The notes beneath the pieces are model-generated. The model made no database searches. It had not been told where the DNA came from and saw only the letters and a program-made list of their open reading frames with translations. Of a stretch of 64,000 nt of DNA, positions 16,501-29,835 are shown piece after piece. Each line of letters starts with the position of its first letter. The first letter of the stretch is position 1. This DNA is from Tubiluchus corallicola (Eukaryota; Animalia; Priapulida). Location: NCBI GenBank assembly GCA_030141605.1, contig JAQGDQ010000107.1:186001-250000 (forward strand), read 5' to 3'. The translations under genes and the position numbers were made by a program.

Positions 16501-16759
16501 ATAAACTGAAACATAGCATGAACAAATGAACCGGGGGCTTAGTGATAATTTAGTTACAACGAGCAACCAGCCAAGAGGGCACGTAAGTTGTATAAGATCG
16601 TAAGTTAACTGACTGTATTTAAGGCTTTGAAGTCAATCCATCACCTGACAAACACCTACTTACCGTACAGGGGCATCTGTTCCCAATTATTTTTGTGCTC
16701 CGTACTGCGAATGCCTTACATCTTGCGATCACCAATAGAGACATCCTTTGCTGCTTATT

Positions 16760-17010
16760 AGTATCATATATTTAATTTTGGTGTAATTAGCTGATAATTT
16801 GTATGCTTCTATCCAGTTAGCTCTCTGTTATTGTGATGTTGGAACTGAAATGAATTAGTGGATGGATTTGATTAAGGGGTCTGTCATCAGCAAAAAGATA
16901 TGTACTGAAATCAGTAATAAGAAAGAGATCATTGATGTAGCTAAGAAAAAGCAGTTGTCCTACAGTGGATCCTTGTGGTACACCTCCGTTTGTATCCTGC
17001 GTATTAAGTG
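16760..17010 (-). mobile_element. Degenerate CR1/L2-type RT fragment
   Basis: Minus strand reads GGVPQGSTVGQLLFLSYINDLFLITDFSTYLFADD, then after a frameshift WIEAYKLSANYTKIKYMI. Confidence 0.8.
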
Positions 17011-19860
17011 TGATATACTTTAAAATGTGGTTATTTTACATCTTTTTAAAATTGTGATGGTGCAAAAACACACAGCCTGCACCATAGTTAAATATCTGTC
17101 ACAAAGCCCCTACAAGTTTTTCAGAACATGCTACAATTTTTCGCATTTTAATCTAGATGTTGTGGCTCGCACCTGTTTCGTGCTTATGTGCTTTCTATTG
17201 CTTTGGTTTGCATTCCTTTTTTCTACCCTCGGTTTTTATTGCTGTTCGACGTGCGTTTGTGGATGGCTCCAGATTTTTTTTATTTTACCTGGACAATGAG
17301 ATTATGGTTGTACACCGTCTGCAAGTTACCGCTTTCTGCTGCAATGGGTACGTTTGGTTGTTATTTATACATGTATAGCACTGGCACTGCATTATATATT
17401 ACGAATAATAAGCATGCCTTTACCACATTTTTAAATTAGTGCATGAAAATGCTTCTCATACTTTGTAGCAGCGGCTATTGCATGCAGGATCCAGCACTAA
17501 TGTATACGTATTCCACAAAATACGTATGTTACATTTTTAATTACAGTATTATCTTATATTACGATTGCAGATGGCATTTTTGAAACAGCTAATTACAAGC
17601 TAAAATGTATTGCCCAAAATAAATATTACTGAGCGCGTTACTTCGGCGCTCGCTTAAGTGATTCCAAGGGGATATTTATCCTAGATTGCCGCTGGCGGCT
17701 GTATTCGCTTTCTATAGGAGTTGTCTTCGTTCTTGTTCGTCAATCTATCGACTTACGACAAGTTCAAACCAAAAATATCTCGGCATGATGTGAACTGTGC
17801 AACTTTACCCCTTTACCAATATGTGTAGTTTGAGAGCACCATAAATGATGTTGCTTTCTGTAGTGTCTAAACGTCTGAAAGGCTCCGATGACGATGACGA
17901 TGATGATGACAATGACGACAACAACGTGACCATAGCAACAACTACAAAAACGAAAAAATAGAACACTGATCGTGGTGAACATAAATTCCTAAGGCCCACT
18001 TCACACTGAGGACGCAAGGAAAATGACGCTTTCAAAAACACAATTGTAACAATGTTGGCTACATCATGATACTTAGACTAAAAGTAAATATATTATGAAA
18101 AAGCTTTATAAGTATAACTAAGTACACATATTGACGTTTCTTTTAGGCAAAAATAATATTTATGTTGTACATTTTTAAATAGGCTACCATTCCTAAAAAA
18201 AGTGAATTCAGTTTAAAACGTTCATAGGCCAATGTTTTTGTAAAAATCAAAAATTTGAACGTTTTACTCAGAATGCAGAAAATTAAACAAAACCTGGTTT
18301 TGGTTTCGTTTTTTCTTAAACTACGGGGTTAACTTGCCACACAAATGGTCCACTCGTGCTGCGATTGCTATCCGTACTGTTTTCACGAATCCCAAACTTT
18401 TTTATCTGATTTCCACATGAGACGTCTGTATGAAATGCGCCATAAAAAACAATGTGTTCCATGAGGAATGCCCCAAGGAATGCTCCTCACTGTAAGGTGG
18501 GCCAAAGTTTCTCAGTTCTACCGAGTTCACTTTTAAATCAACGAAAATTACGCGATGACAGCAAGAACAGTACCTGTGTACCTGAAGACACCTGGTTCAA
18601 AGCCAGCTGAGACCTTCTTGCCTTTTGCCATTTTACCAAGAGTATTTTATTTTTTATACCGTTCTGCACCTTGTGACTCATTACGAAGTTAACCTGCTAG
18701 GATGAGGTTGGACTGAATCGGCTGGGGCTGCATCTCACTGCACTCAAATCGTCTAGTCTTCGAACGTAAACATCCACAGTTCGTATGGCCAATGAAACCG
18801 CCAAGAGAGAGTATGGAACACAAGCGGTCACAAGTGATTGATTCATCTGCCTGGCGTGGCTTAGCCTTGCTCGCGAAGTACACGCCGTGGCCACTCGGCT
18901 GTTCTGCTTCCCTCATCTCAGAACAACCAACTCAGTGAAAATCACCGGTTGTTTCAAGAAAAATATTTGGACGACTGGGAATCACTGACCGCAGCATCAC
19001 CATTCTGTGGACTCACTCTGTAATTGTGTCGTCACACCGCGTAAACTTTTCCTCATAATTTATTTCCGCTGCTTCAGACTGATAAGTGAATTAGAAAAGG
19101 CACACCGCTGAAGCATCAAACAAGCGTAATGGATTTCGATCTGCACTTTTCAACAGACGTAAGAAACGCTGAAGTTTACTAAATCTCGAATAAAGGAAAT
19201 GCTCGGGGCTGCTGTGACCATAACAATACATGTTATTAGTGACAGTTTGTGTAAGAAAGTTGCTGCCTGCTAAAGCTAAGCATATTTCATCATTCGTCTT
19301 TACCTTTAGGCTTATTTTCTTTAAAGAAATGACAAGTCACTTAGCATGTTGGGTTTATTTTACTGCTATCACCTAAATGTAGAAAAATATAAGAAGTAAA
19401 ATTGCAAAAATTGTCTATAAAGCATAAAGTTAATTTTTACTTTCGCTTTATTTGAAATTTTCCGGCGCGGTGGTTGCCACCGTTCACTTGAAATTGTGGC
19501 GTAACTGGTGGACTTCGTGACTTTTCGTAAGCGCATCGTAAGTTTCCGTAAGCACGCGCTGCATAAACTAATTCAAGCTTCTGCAGCATACCTAATGTTC
19601 GAACAAAAATATCAAAAAATTAGCTGTATAATTTTTTATGAAAACTTACAGTTTTGACGGCAAATAAGAGTGGGCTGCTTTTGATGAACGATGTCATTAG
19701 GGGAAGAACAGGCCTTAAAAATAGCAGCGCCCAACCGTGAAATGATCGCGATTTTAAGGAGATTTTACTAATTACACGAAGCACTTATAGCAATTTTATT
19801 ACTAAATCTTTCTAACATTTTTGAAATAAGCCCAACTTCCTAGAGGGCCTTGCTTTTCTT

Positions 19861-19861
<1 letters not shown>

Positions 19862-19934
<73 letters not shown>

Positions 19935-19971
19935 TATAATAATAATAATAATAGTAATAATAATAGTAATA

Positions 19972-20053
<82 letters not shown>
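19862..20053. repeat. (TAA)n microsatellite
   Basis: Read directly from the sequence. Confidence 0.95.
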
Positions 20054-20054
<1 letters not shown>

Positions 20055-21993
20055 CTTTATTTAAAGATGGTTTTAAACTCAATAGACAACACTAGGCGTT
20101 TATCAGCGGCTGTAAATAACAACTACAGCTACATTACAGAATCGTTAATCCACCCAGGCAGGTGCCACGTAAAAAGTGTTTGTATTACCCCACCGTAGTA
20201 TCGAACCCGCAACCTCCCAACAGAAAATACGCTTGTTGTCCAATAAACTAGCTATGAGTGTTAAAGTTAAAACGACAAAAGCTTTTTTGACTGAGAAATT
20301 GTCAGAATTGTTCATATTTATGCTACTTATTCCATTAACCAACTGGGCATGCATTAACATACAATCATTGTGACTTTATAACATAATCAGTTGTATAGTT
20401 TTTACATCAGGTATAAGTTGGATACAAAAGTGTTTACTCAAGTTCTACTGCAAAAAGAGTTGTTATGCCTTTACATTTTGTATTATACCAAATAAACAGT
20501 TATCATCACTATGTGTAGCTGATTCATTTACTAACTGGCTACTACGACATCCGCAAATGATTATTTGCCATAATTTTTTCCTACTTTTCTCAGAATGGGC
20601 ACTTCTGGTTTTGACATCTACGGTATGCGTGATGGTTTTTCGCTTAATAAACACGTAATTTTCGTCACATCGTACTAACATAATGAAGATAAGTCATTAT
20701 CTCTAGCTGAACCGAGCACTTATCGTGCTGCAATGACGACCTAATTAATGGCTTCATTTTGAAGCTGCGAGAAATTAAACAGACCTCCAACGTTCAACGT
20801 CATATTAATTATTATGCGTTTCAGAACAACTATCGCATGCATGTCACGTGTCTGCATGTAAACTGCATGTAGGTGCAGTGGACTGCATGTCACCAACACA
20901 TTCTTGCAGTTCTAAGCGCCCGCAAATACAATTAATTTAAACACAAAAGCATGATTAACTGTGTTTAATTTTTTATTTGTGAGCAGGGAATTTACATGCC
21001 ATGATTTTTGTAAACTTGATGATGATAAGTCTGCAATTGTTAAATTGTGTGTTGTATTGCACAAAACGGAATTATTATGCCTTATAATAATAATAAGTGT
21101 TATTAGGTTTTAACAATTGAGAATTATTATAATACTGATAATTAACTGCTAGTGTTGGTCTGATTAATTGGTATAATTACTAATACAGAAAACTGCTAAT
21201 AATTAAATTATGCTAATTAATTAATATAATTAGTTTATTATATAGCAATGGTAATGTAGCAGTTATAGCAGCATTAGCTATAGTAATAGCAGTAGCTTGT
21301 ACAGTCAGTTAATAAGCCTTTTCGCAGTTCCAGCGATTGATGATGATCGTGGAAAGGTCAAAGGTTAAATGTACCAGACAACGCATTTGTGTTCACTTGA
21401 CCACACCTCGCAGTCCATGCTATTGGATTAGTAATTAATTCTAATTCATTTTCTCTTGTTCCCAAACAAGATCCCGCACAGACTATTGCACAGTTAAGTG
21501 AAGTCCACGAAAACACTGACGTTACTGAACTGGGCTTTACTTTACCCACATGTCACGTGACGATTGTAGATACGACGGGTTGCTGTGGTACACTTAACCT
21601 ACGACCTACAACAACTGCGCGTGCGCACAACGAAACTGTGAAAGCCTTATTATTGTGTAACTGACTGTTACAGTCGTAATGTAGTTGCCCAGTGCTTATA
21701 ATTACGACTAAAATAAATTTTACATTACATCGCATTGTGACAATTGCTTTTTGTTTTACATTTTTTTAAAACACATTAATTATTGTGAAGGTGCCTAACT
21801 GACTGATGTGATCAAAAACTATAAGCAACGACAATAGCTAATTAATTATTGTGGGTTTAACATTGTTTAGCATTGTTTAACATTAATTATGCTGATGTAG
21901 TGTTATAATTTATGTATAATTATGCATAATCGTTTTATGCATAATGATATTTTTGTTAGTTTATTATTATAACATGAGTGTTTTGTATTATAG

Positions 21994-22093
21994 GTTATCA
22001 GTTCGGCATGATACCATGCAAGTTGGTGTCATGGCTTCAGGGTTTGTCGGTGGCGACATCTGTGTATACTTTGGTGGCAATTTCTCTTGATAG
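21994..22093 (+). CDS. SIFaR: SIFamide/NPFF-type GPCR, cassette A, ECL1-TM3 exon (100 nt)
   Basis: ttatag|GT...GAT AG|gtaag; encodes YQFGMIPCKLVSWLQGLSVATSVYTLVAISLDR with the TM3 Cys and the DR of DRY; phase 1 in, phase 2 out. Confidence 0.9.
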
Positions 22094-22387
22094 GTAAGCC
22101 TGCAAAAGTGGCACTGACATTTGTAAATGTAGTCTTGCAAAGTAAGTTGCCGTCTTACAGGATTGAAAATAGTTTTATTGAATGAAGTCATCAGCAACAT
22201 CCAACTTAATGGTCAGACATTTTTTGTTAACTTTTTCAGTTTAGTCAGTGTTTGCTAACTGTAGTTACCTTCTATCTATTTCCTAGCCTGTCTCCGTTTT
22301 GTTAAAACCCCGCTATATCTGACATATGTTCAACTCCAATCAGCCAACAAGTTTCATATAACTTTGTCTTTATTGTTATTTTTCCAG

Positions 22388-23123
22388 ATACTTTGCCATT
22401 TGCCACCCAATGAAATTTCAGATGACATTGAGGACAGCTAGAAAAGCTTGTGCTGCCATCTGGATTTGCGCCGGGGCGTTTTTTATTCCATGGTTTGCTT
22501 TTTTCCAAATAACTGATAATCCGTCAGCAGATCGCCAAGTAATCATACGCTACTGCATGGAACAATGGCCGAACGGGTACGAACACGCGATGAAGTGGAA
22601 TTTGTTGTTCAATGTCTTCATCCTCTGCTATGTTGCCCCACTTTTAACAATCAGTTTTTGTTACATGAACATTTTCTTGGCTGTGTGGAAAAGAGATTTA
22701 ATCGGCGATGCTCGAGAGTATGAGAATATTGTCCGTCGCCAACGGATCCAAGTCATCAAAATGCTTCTGGTGGTAGTCTTGATTTTCGCCATTTCTTGGC
22801 TACCTTTGTACGCCATCTTCATCGGCTATTACTTCAACAGTTTTGATGACGTGGCACTAAGTTACGTCAATCACGCTGTTCCCGTCCTTCAGTGGGTTTC
22901 CACTGCAAATAGTTGTATTAATCCGTGCATCTATGCCTACTTAAACCGAAAATACAGGCAAGGGTTCAAAGCCATAGTGATGAGTGGGTCTTGTTGTAAG
23001 AAGCTGAAGTATCCTGGAGACAGGATAGGACACTATACCACATCTGCAGTAAATAGTCAGAGGATCGTTTCTGAACAGACCCATGTAGATTACTGTATGG
23101 CGACTTTGAAAGACGATGTGTGA
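22388..23123 (+). CDS. SIFaR: SIFamide/NPFF-type GPCR, cassette A, terminal exon TM4-TM7 and C-tail
   Basis: ttccag|A TAC completes DRY; YFAICHPM, ECL2 YCMEQWP, KMLLVVVLIFAISWLPLY, ANSCINPCIY, NRKYRQGF, SCC motifs typical of SIFamide receptors; AATAAA at 23697. Confidence 0.9.
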
Positions 23124-24951
23124 AGAAAATGAAGAGGAGTTTCTGAAAGCAGCTCCACATGTCGCTAGTGTCATTGATGGTTGTGCATGATGGCGTCTAC
23201 TTGGTACTTTTCTTACATGTGACGGAGCTGCTTTTTTGTTACCAGCAACAATAACAGAAGAGAAATTTACAAGAGAACGTTTTTCTGCACAATGTGCGGG
23301 CTAAGTGTGATGTGTTCGCTTTGTAACTCGAATGGTGACTAGTTTCCAAGATTACCAATACATCTGTTAAATTATTCCCAAATAGTGTACTTGTCATAAT
23401 CCTATTTGCAGATACTGGAATGTGAGCCGAATTTTGTGATGGTCTCTTGGTCATGAAGTGAATCACAGACTATTTGTATAAAACACGCTATATTACATTC
23501 ACAAGTTCAAAGATGTTATTGCACCAATTTTAAAGCAAATGAAACTTGTGCTATTGTCTTCACGATTGGAAAATTTTGTAGCGACAAGCATGTGACCAAA
23601 TATTGTCTTCTGATCTTGCCTAGGTTGAAGTTAGTTGACAATGAAAATGATTGTACACATTAGTGTAATGAGTATGGAATATAGAAGTGTACTTGTAATA
23701 AATGAACTGATGGATTGAGCAGGCTTGTTTAGTAGCCTGTTTAGTTAACACTTGGCAGTATGAGCAATCTTTACGATGTTGTAGCTGCCTGTTATATTAC
23801 ACTATCTAATATAATGTGATGTTACCTTTGTGCAATATTTGAATGTTGTTATTAAGTTATCAGGTATCAGGGAAGATATAAATCACAATGGAGTTTGAAG
23901 CAATCTGAAAAATTATATTTTCAAGACCAGTGTATTTTTTGAGTTGCCCTCACTGTCTGATTTAGGTCTATGTTGATGTTAGTGGTATCATATGTTGTCA
24001 CTGTTTTTCATTGATTATGCTTAACGATATAATTTTTAGTCTGCTCTACGGGATGTGACCATGAGATAGTAAGAAATATTTCATGTGCATTCTCTATTCT
24101 AAAGTTGCAATACTTTCCAGCTTCTTTTGACTGAATCAGCTCTGCAGTTTGTCCGGATGTTGTACTTGGTTTTGGAATTGGCAACAAATGAATTAAAAAC
24201 CATTACTACATGGCTCTGTATCATTGTAGTTAGATCCTACACAAGACAGTAATAATATAGCTTGCAAAAAGTATTAAATCAAGTATGAACTAAACTTTCG
24301 TCATTATGAGTATCTTGGTCAATTGACTGCTGATATTATAAAATTAGGTTATAAAGTTATAAAATTATAAAGTTATTACCGTCTGCCATTTTTGGTTTTC
24401 TATCTTGCTGCAAATAGTGTCATCATTTTTTGATACACTTTCTTTACACTTAGTTTAAAATAAGGTATTGACATTTAAGGACGCATCATAAAGTTAAGTT
24501 GCCATTCCTAGAGACGTAGTTTTCTTACTAGGTGCCAATGATTGGAGAAACCGACAGAACGGTAGCTGATGTCATAGTTACTGCTTAACAGGTTTATTTC
24601 CCCAGTTTATTTCTTCTATGACAGCTCGTATAATTGTACCTTGCGATTGACTGTTCATTTATAAGTCACGCAGGACTGATACTGCTGAAAAGTCAACATC
24701 ACTAGAAATCACTTACATAAGTACCAGTATTTTTGTGGTACATTTAAGATCTATACTGTTTTATCATTAATGTGTCACATTTTTCTGGATTGGATTATTT
24801 TAACTGGCGAATCCTGACGTCATTGTTTATGAAGTGAAAGTTCATATTTGTGAAATATAAAAGTGAAACAGTATTAATCTCATATCTGTTATTATTGTTT
24901 TGTTTTCTCAGAAGTTAAGCGTGATTTTCTAAATTTTACACACGCTAGTGG

Positions 24952-25434
24952 TTACATGCTGCACCAGCACAAATGGTATATCTTTGGACTCTCTGATAAA
25001 TAAATTTGCTCAGCTGGTTGACTAGACAGGTTGGCAGTCATGGGGATTCTCAGGTATTTATACGTATCACTGACTCCCAGCATTGGAATAGGAGTCTGGC
25101 AGATCTTCCATGTGTGCTCTATTAACACTTTCATAGCCTTTCGCTGGTATGCCTTGACTAGCTTCATGGCTTTGCACTTGTTGGCGTTCAGTGTCATACC
25201 TCGTTTCGTGAAGAAGCCATTGGCTGTCTCCAACAAAACTCCCATGCCATGTTTCGAGGCTGAGATTAGGACTAGGTCATCGGTAAAACCAACTATAGCC
25301 ACTTGGTATTCGTCGATCCCATAGCCAAATCGAGAACCGACTTTCGAGATCAGTTCATCGATTACCAGGTTGAAAAGTAGATGGTTAGCTGATCTACTAA
25401 CCGATTGGCAGAGTCGATGATTTTCTGGTGACAC
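24952..25434 (-). mobile_element. R2-like (REL-group) non-LTR retrotransposon RT fragment
   Basis: LLFNLVIDEL...VGFTDDLVL...RGMTLNANKC...DTYKYL; F(A/T)DD core resembles R2/R4 RTs; isolated fragment. Confidence 0.7.
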
Positions 25435-26229
25435 AGACTGACTTTCTGCTTGAACATTTAATTTTTTTCTTATCTATGACATATGCACAAGATTTTTGCC
25501 CCAAAGAATGGGAAGCCATTTATTCTTTCTTAATTCATCATTGTTTGCTGACAAAAGTTACAAAAAAGGACTTGTAGTGCGTCACTGGCGTTAACGTAAC
25601 AAAACTACTCAAGTTTCAATTCTTTGATAGAAGCGCCATCTTTTGTTCAATCTTAATTAATTTCAAATAATACACGGTGTTAATAGGAGGTGCAGGACAA
25701 ACACAGGTAAACAGTGAAACATTTTAGGCCGCAAACATTTGTAACTGCAGTAAGAAAACTCATCTCATGCATAAAATCATCGTAACTTTATCCATTATTA
25801 AATGCAAATTAATACAAAATAAAAAACAGTATATTTCTAGGCGAAAAGGGCGCTGTATTAACCTCAGATAGTATTGAGTCAGTCGGTTAGTCACAACAAT
25901 AATGAAATATGTAAATTATTTGTGTAGCGTTAAGTGAAAGTCATAACGCAGGGCGAATCTAGATCGATTTAGCTGACAAACAGAATTCAGGATGATGCCA
26001 CGACCTGAACTGTTTTGTGACTGACGAAATGAAGCGTGTTTTATTAGCAAATTATTATTGTACAGAATACAGTTCGTAAACATTATAGTAAAAAACATTC
26101 TTTGCTATAACATTACCATGTTAATCACATCATATCATATCATGAAATAAAATTACCAATGCGGTCACCGAAAACCTCATAATAAATTTTTTAACGAGAA
26201 TCAAAACGGTTTTTAAAGTACAGTATGTC

Positions 26230-26630
26230 TCTAGGAACTTTCCATGATATGAAGTTACATTACTTCTGTATGCATCATTCTTATCTGTTTGAAAAACAAA
26301 TGTAACTAGACAAGAAATTTCTTAATAATTTTAAATGCTCGCGACAACTAGTGGAATGGCACTGCATCACCATCCCAGCGTGCACCACTGATTCACCAAA
26401 AACGTATTTTTAATCTTATTGATAATGTAAAGCAATTTATACTTTTGCTTAGTTAGCGAGGAGCGTGTTACAAATGCTCTGATTATTTTTTCGAACTTTA
26501 TGCGATGTTATCTAAATTTGTTTCAAACGACTGACATTACAATGACTGCGCCTAACGCGGGAGTTTAAATTTACGAGCTCTATACAGCGCTACTGTTAAC
26601 GTAAGCCCTGTATGCAATAAGACAGTATGT
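26230..26630. mobile_element. Dispersed repeat copy, same orientation as the 30425-30860 arm
   Basis: Shared blocks such as AAAACGTATTTTTAAT and GCGGGAGTTTAAATTTAC. Confidence 0.75.
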
Positions 26631-26964
26631 AAGCAATATGACCTTTCAAGACGATGTTTAAGCTTTATTTATGAAGAGTGTTCTCTTGTACTTTAATTTA
26701 CAATCAGCATGTAAGTGATATAAAATTTCAAGACGATTTTTTAAACTTTTGTTATGAAAAGTGTTTTCTTGCATTAGCTACTTTCAAATTTGAATAAAAT
26801 ATATCTGTCGTCTTTGCATCACTGGCGCTTTCCTCGGCAGAAAACCACAAAACCTGAATACAGACAAAACAATTAGTAATGATAAATAAAAGATATAATT
26901 AGTACCTTACTAATACAGTAATAGATCTAAACTCTAGTTTGCTAGCACAAGCTTTCTTTTAAAG

Positions 26965-27064
26965 GTTATCCGTTCTCGGATGGGGCGTGCAAAACAGTTG
27001 TCTGGCTTCAAGCTGTTTCCGTTTCCTCTTCCGTGAACACACTGGCTACCATATCTGTAGAGAG
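26965..27064 (+). CDS. SIFaR: SIFamide/NPFF-type GPCR, cassette B, ECL1-TM3 exon (100 nt)
   Basis: tttaaag|GT...GAG AG|gtaag; encodes YPFSDGACKTVVWLQAVSVSSSVNTLATISVER; same length and phases as 21994-22093. Confidence 0.88.
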
Positions 27065-27417
27065 GTAAGCAAATACACACGAGCAAGGGAGGCTTGCTTT
27101 TGAAATCTGGTCTTATTAATCAGTAAGTGTTTAATATAATGAATAAGGAATAAGTCAGTCATGTTTGCTCTTTACCAACGATTAAATAAGTAAGAAAATT
27201 AGTTTGGTGACTGTCTTTTGGGAGACGATGCATGGTGGTTTAATGAATCAATTATTGATGTTATATTAAAGACGACGAAATCTCTAACAAACATGCAAAG
27301 ATTTTTAAAGCTAGTATAACACAGTACAGTATAAAACCTAATGCTGCTTAGTGAGCATTTTCTAGTTGAAACAGCCGTGAATCAGCTGAGTTCTCAAAAC
27401 TCATTAATTGTCTTTAA

Positions 27418-28080
27418 CAGTACCAGATGGGCTGCAGCCCAGCGGCCTTCGCCAGCTGAGGGGCCTTCAGAAATTAAGTGAAAGTAAATTACTGTGAAAA
27501 GTTACTAGAGCATGGGCTTTATGGGCTGCATCCCAGGGGCCTTTGCCAGTTGAGGGGCCTCCAGAGATTCTGAAAGTAAATTACTGTGAAAAGTTACTAG
27601 AGCATGGGCTTTATGGGCTGCAGCCCAGGGGCCTTTGCCAGTTGAGGGGCCTCCAGAAATTAAGTGAAAGTAAATTACTGTGAAAAGTTGCTAGAGAATG
27701 CATTAATATACTGTGTAATAATACACTGAAATTGTTTTCTTGTTCATTATTTGAACTCATTGATACTGCCAAATACACTAGCAATCTGATTACAATGACA
27801 CAATTTTAGAGGAATTGAGGTCACCTCCTGTGACAAAATTACAATTTATTGTAATTCGTATGTATTCCATGTTTTAATTTTGTAAATATCAGAATATTTC
27901 TTCTCTTTTTGTTGTGTTAAACTTTCACCCATCTACGTGGGCCTAATGTTGGCATTATTTTGTAGAATTTGAATAAGCTGATTTGAAGAATCCAACATTC
28001 ACGCTTTTTTTAATTGTCACTGGGGCCGGAGCCTCATGTATCTGTAACCCAGGGGCCTACAAAATTAAAATCCGGCCCTG
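27418..28080. mobile_element. hAT-type MITE in the GPCR intron, with an internal about 95-bp triplication (27430-27700)
   Basis: Starts CAG, ends ATCCGGCCCTG; flanks GTCTTTAA / GTCTTGAA (8-bp TSD, 1 mismatch). Confidence 0.65.
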
Positions 28081-28158
28081 GTCTTGAAAAGGATTTCTCA
28101 CTAGAGACACCTGTTGGCAATTATTGTATTGCAAAAATAATGAGATTTATATTTCCAG

Positions 28159-28825
28159 ATACATTTCTATTGTTTATCCGATGAAGTATGAGATGACGAC
28201 GAAGGCAGCGGGACGATTCATTGCTGTTATATGGATATATTCCTGCCTGACCTTCATTCCTTGGTTGCTGTATTACGATGCCGTAGATATAATATTCAAG
28301 GGTCAATTACTGTCAGTTTGTGGCGAATTCGGATGGCACGATCCCGCTGCAGCAAAATGGTACTTCTTGTGCGTTGTAGCTTTGCAGTGCTACATTGTTC
28401 CCTTAGCTGTCATAAGTGTTTGCTATTTCTTGATATTTCTGCACGTCTTACGACGTCCCGTGATTGGTGAAACACGTGACTTGGAAACGCTGGTTCGAAA
28501 ACAGAAGCTCAAACTTGCAAAAATGGTCCTAGTCGTTGTGATGGTGTTCGCCTTCAGTTGGCTGCCACTGTACTTGACGTTTGCGTTTGTTTATTTTGGA
28601 GTTGTCTCCGATAACAATGCGCAGCTGGCACTGCTCATACCCATATGCCAATGGATATCCACGTCGAATAGTGGGATTGATCCGGTCCTGTACGGATTTC
28701 TGAACCGGAAGTTCCGGTTGGGTTTCATTGCTGTCCTGAAAAGCAGGAGCTGCTGCGGCGAATTGCGATATCCACACGACAGGAACACTAAATACTACAA
28801 TGGCAGATTAACCAATAGCACTCAG
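28159..28825 (+). CDS. SIFaR: SIFamide/NPFF-type GPCR, cassette B, TM4-TM7 exon
   Basis: ttccag|A TAC completes ERY; KMVLVVVMVFAFSWLPLY, SNSGIDPVLY, NRKFRLGFIAVLKSRSCCGELRY; donor CAG|gtattg at 28825 (read-through stop at 28858). Confidence 0.9.
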
Positions 28826-28950
28826 GTATTGTTAGTCTTAAAATATGCTGTTATTTAATGCATAAGAACTAGGGAAAAATTGAGGAGAGCAATACCCGCT
28901 GTGAACTGCGCTGTTAACTTTGCACGATTAGCACTGCCATCACAGCAGTG

Positions 28951-29000
<50 letters not shown>

Positions 29001-29577
29001 CTTTATTGCATAAGTTCTACACATTTACAGGTGTGATAAAATACGTGAAAATACTATATGTGTAACCACTCAATGCCTGTTGTAGGCAATAGTGTTAAAC
29101 TACTATTACAAGAGTTAATTTTTTAAATTGTGAATAAAAGACATAAAATTTACATAGGTAAAATTAAAATTCAATTACAAAATATAACTTCTCAACGCAT
29201 ACGCACAAAAAAATTAAAAATTACTTTTAACATAATATGCATTTATTATACTAAATCTACTGATGCAAAAATCTACAGGCAGTACAGCTTTTGGTTGGTC
29301 GGTATTCTGATGACTAAGGTTACCTCCGTAACTTACTAATTATTATGCTTGTCTTTACATTTATTTTTGAGTTGACTTGCGCATGCGTGCACTCAAATCT
29401 AACAAACTGATGAATACTAATTTCATTGGCAGCACCTGTATGGAAGGAAAAACATGTGCCACATTTTTTACAAATGATGGAAACCTGTCTAATATCTTGT
29501 CTTTTGGCGTTTGCTAATTAGGTCAACCTGCTAGTTACCTTTTTCATCGTCCAGTGTATTTTTTTTATTCTGAAAAA

Positions 29578-29835
29578 TCTCTCTGTGGCGTAATGGTTAG
29601 CAACCCGGATTGTAGGTTATGAGTTCGAATCCCGATGAAGGGATAATTTATACCAGCTTTCGGGCGTTCATAGAATTGATCTTGTACTATGTGGTACAAT
29701 GTAGACTTTAATTCCTCATTCATATACAACTAGTAGCATACGTGCCGTCAAGTAGGTCAAGTGCCTTTGTGGTGTAGCGGCTAGTATAGCTGCCTGGACA
29801 GCATAAGTCCTAGGTTCGAGTCCTAGCGGTGGTTT
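29578..29835 (+). pseudogene. Two adjacent decayed tRNA-like / SINE heads (about 29578-29640 and 29762-29835)
   Basis: A-box GTGGCGTAATGGTTAG / GTGGTGTAGCGGCTAG and B-box GTTCGAATCCC / GGTTCGAGTCC, without an intact cloverleaf. Confidence 0.55.

Noticed and set aside
17027-17439. Hydrophobic overlapping ORFs as a possible GPCR TM1-TM2 exon
   Set aside because: No class A TM1/TM2 motifs; T-rich sequence open in three frames next to a decayed LINE
23124-26964. Candidate TM2-like snippets (TVADVIVTA near 24560, LANPDVIV near 24803) as the missing exon for cassette B
   Set aside because: Bounded by in-frame stops, with no TM1 GN motif and no suitable splice sites
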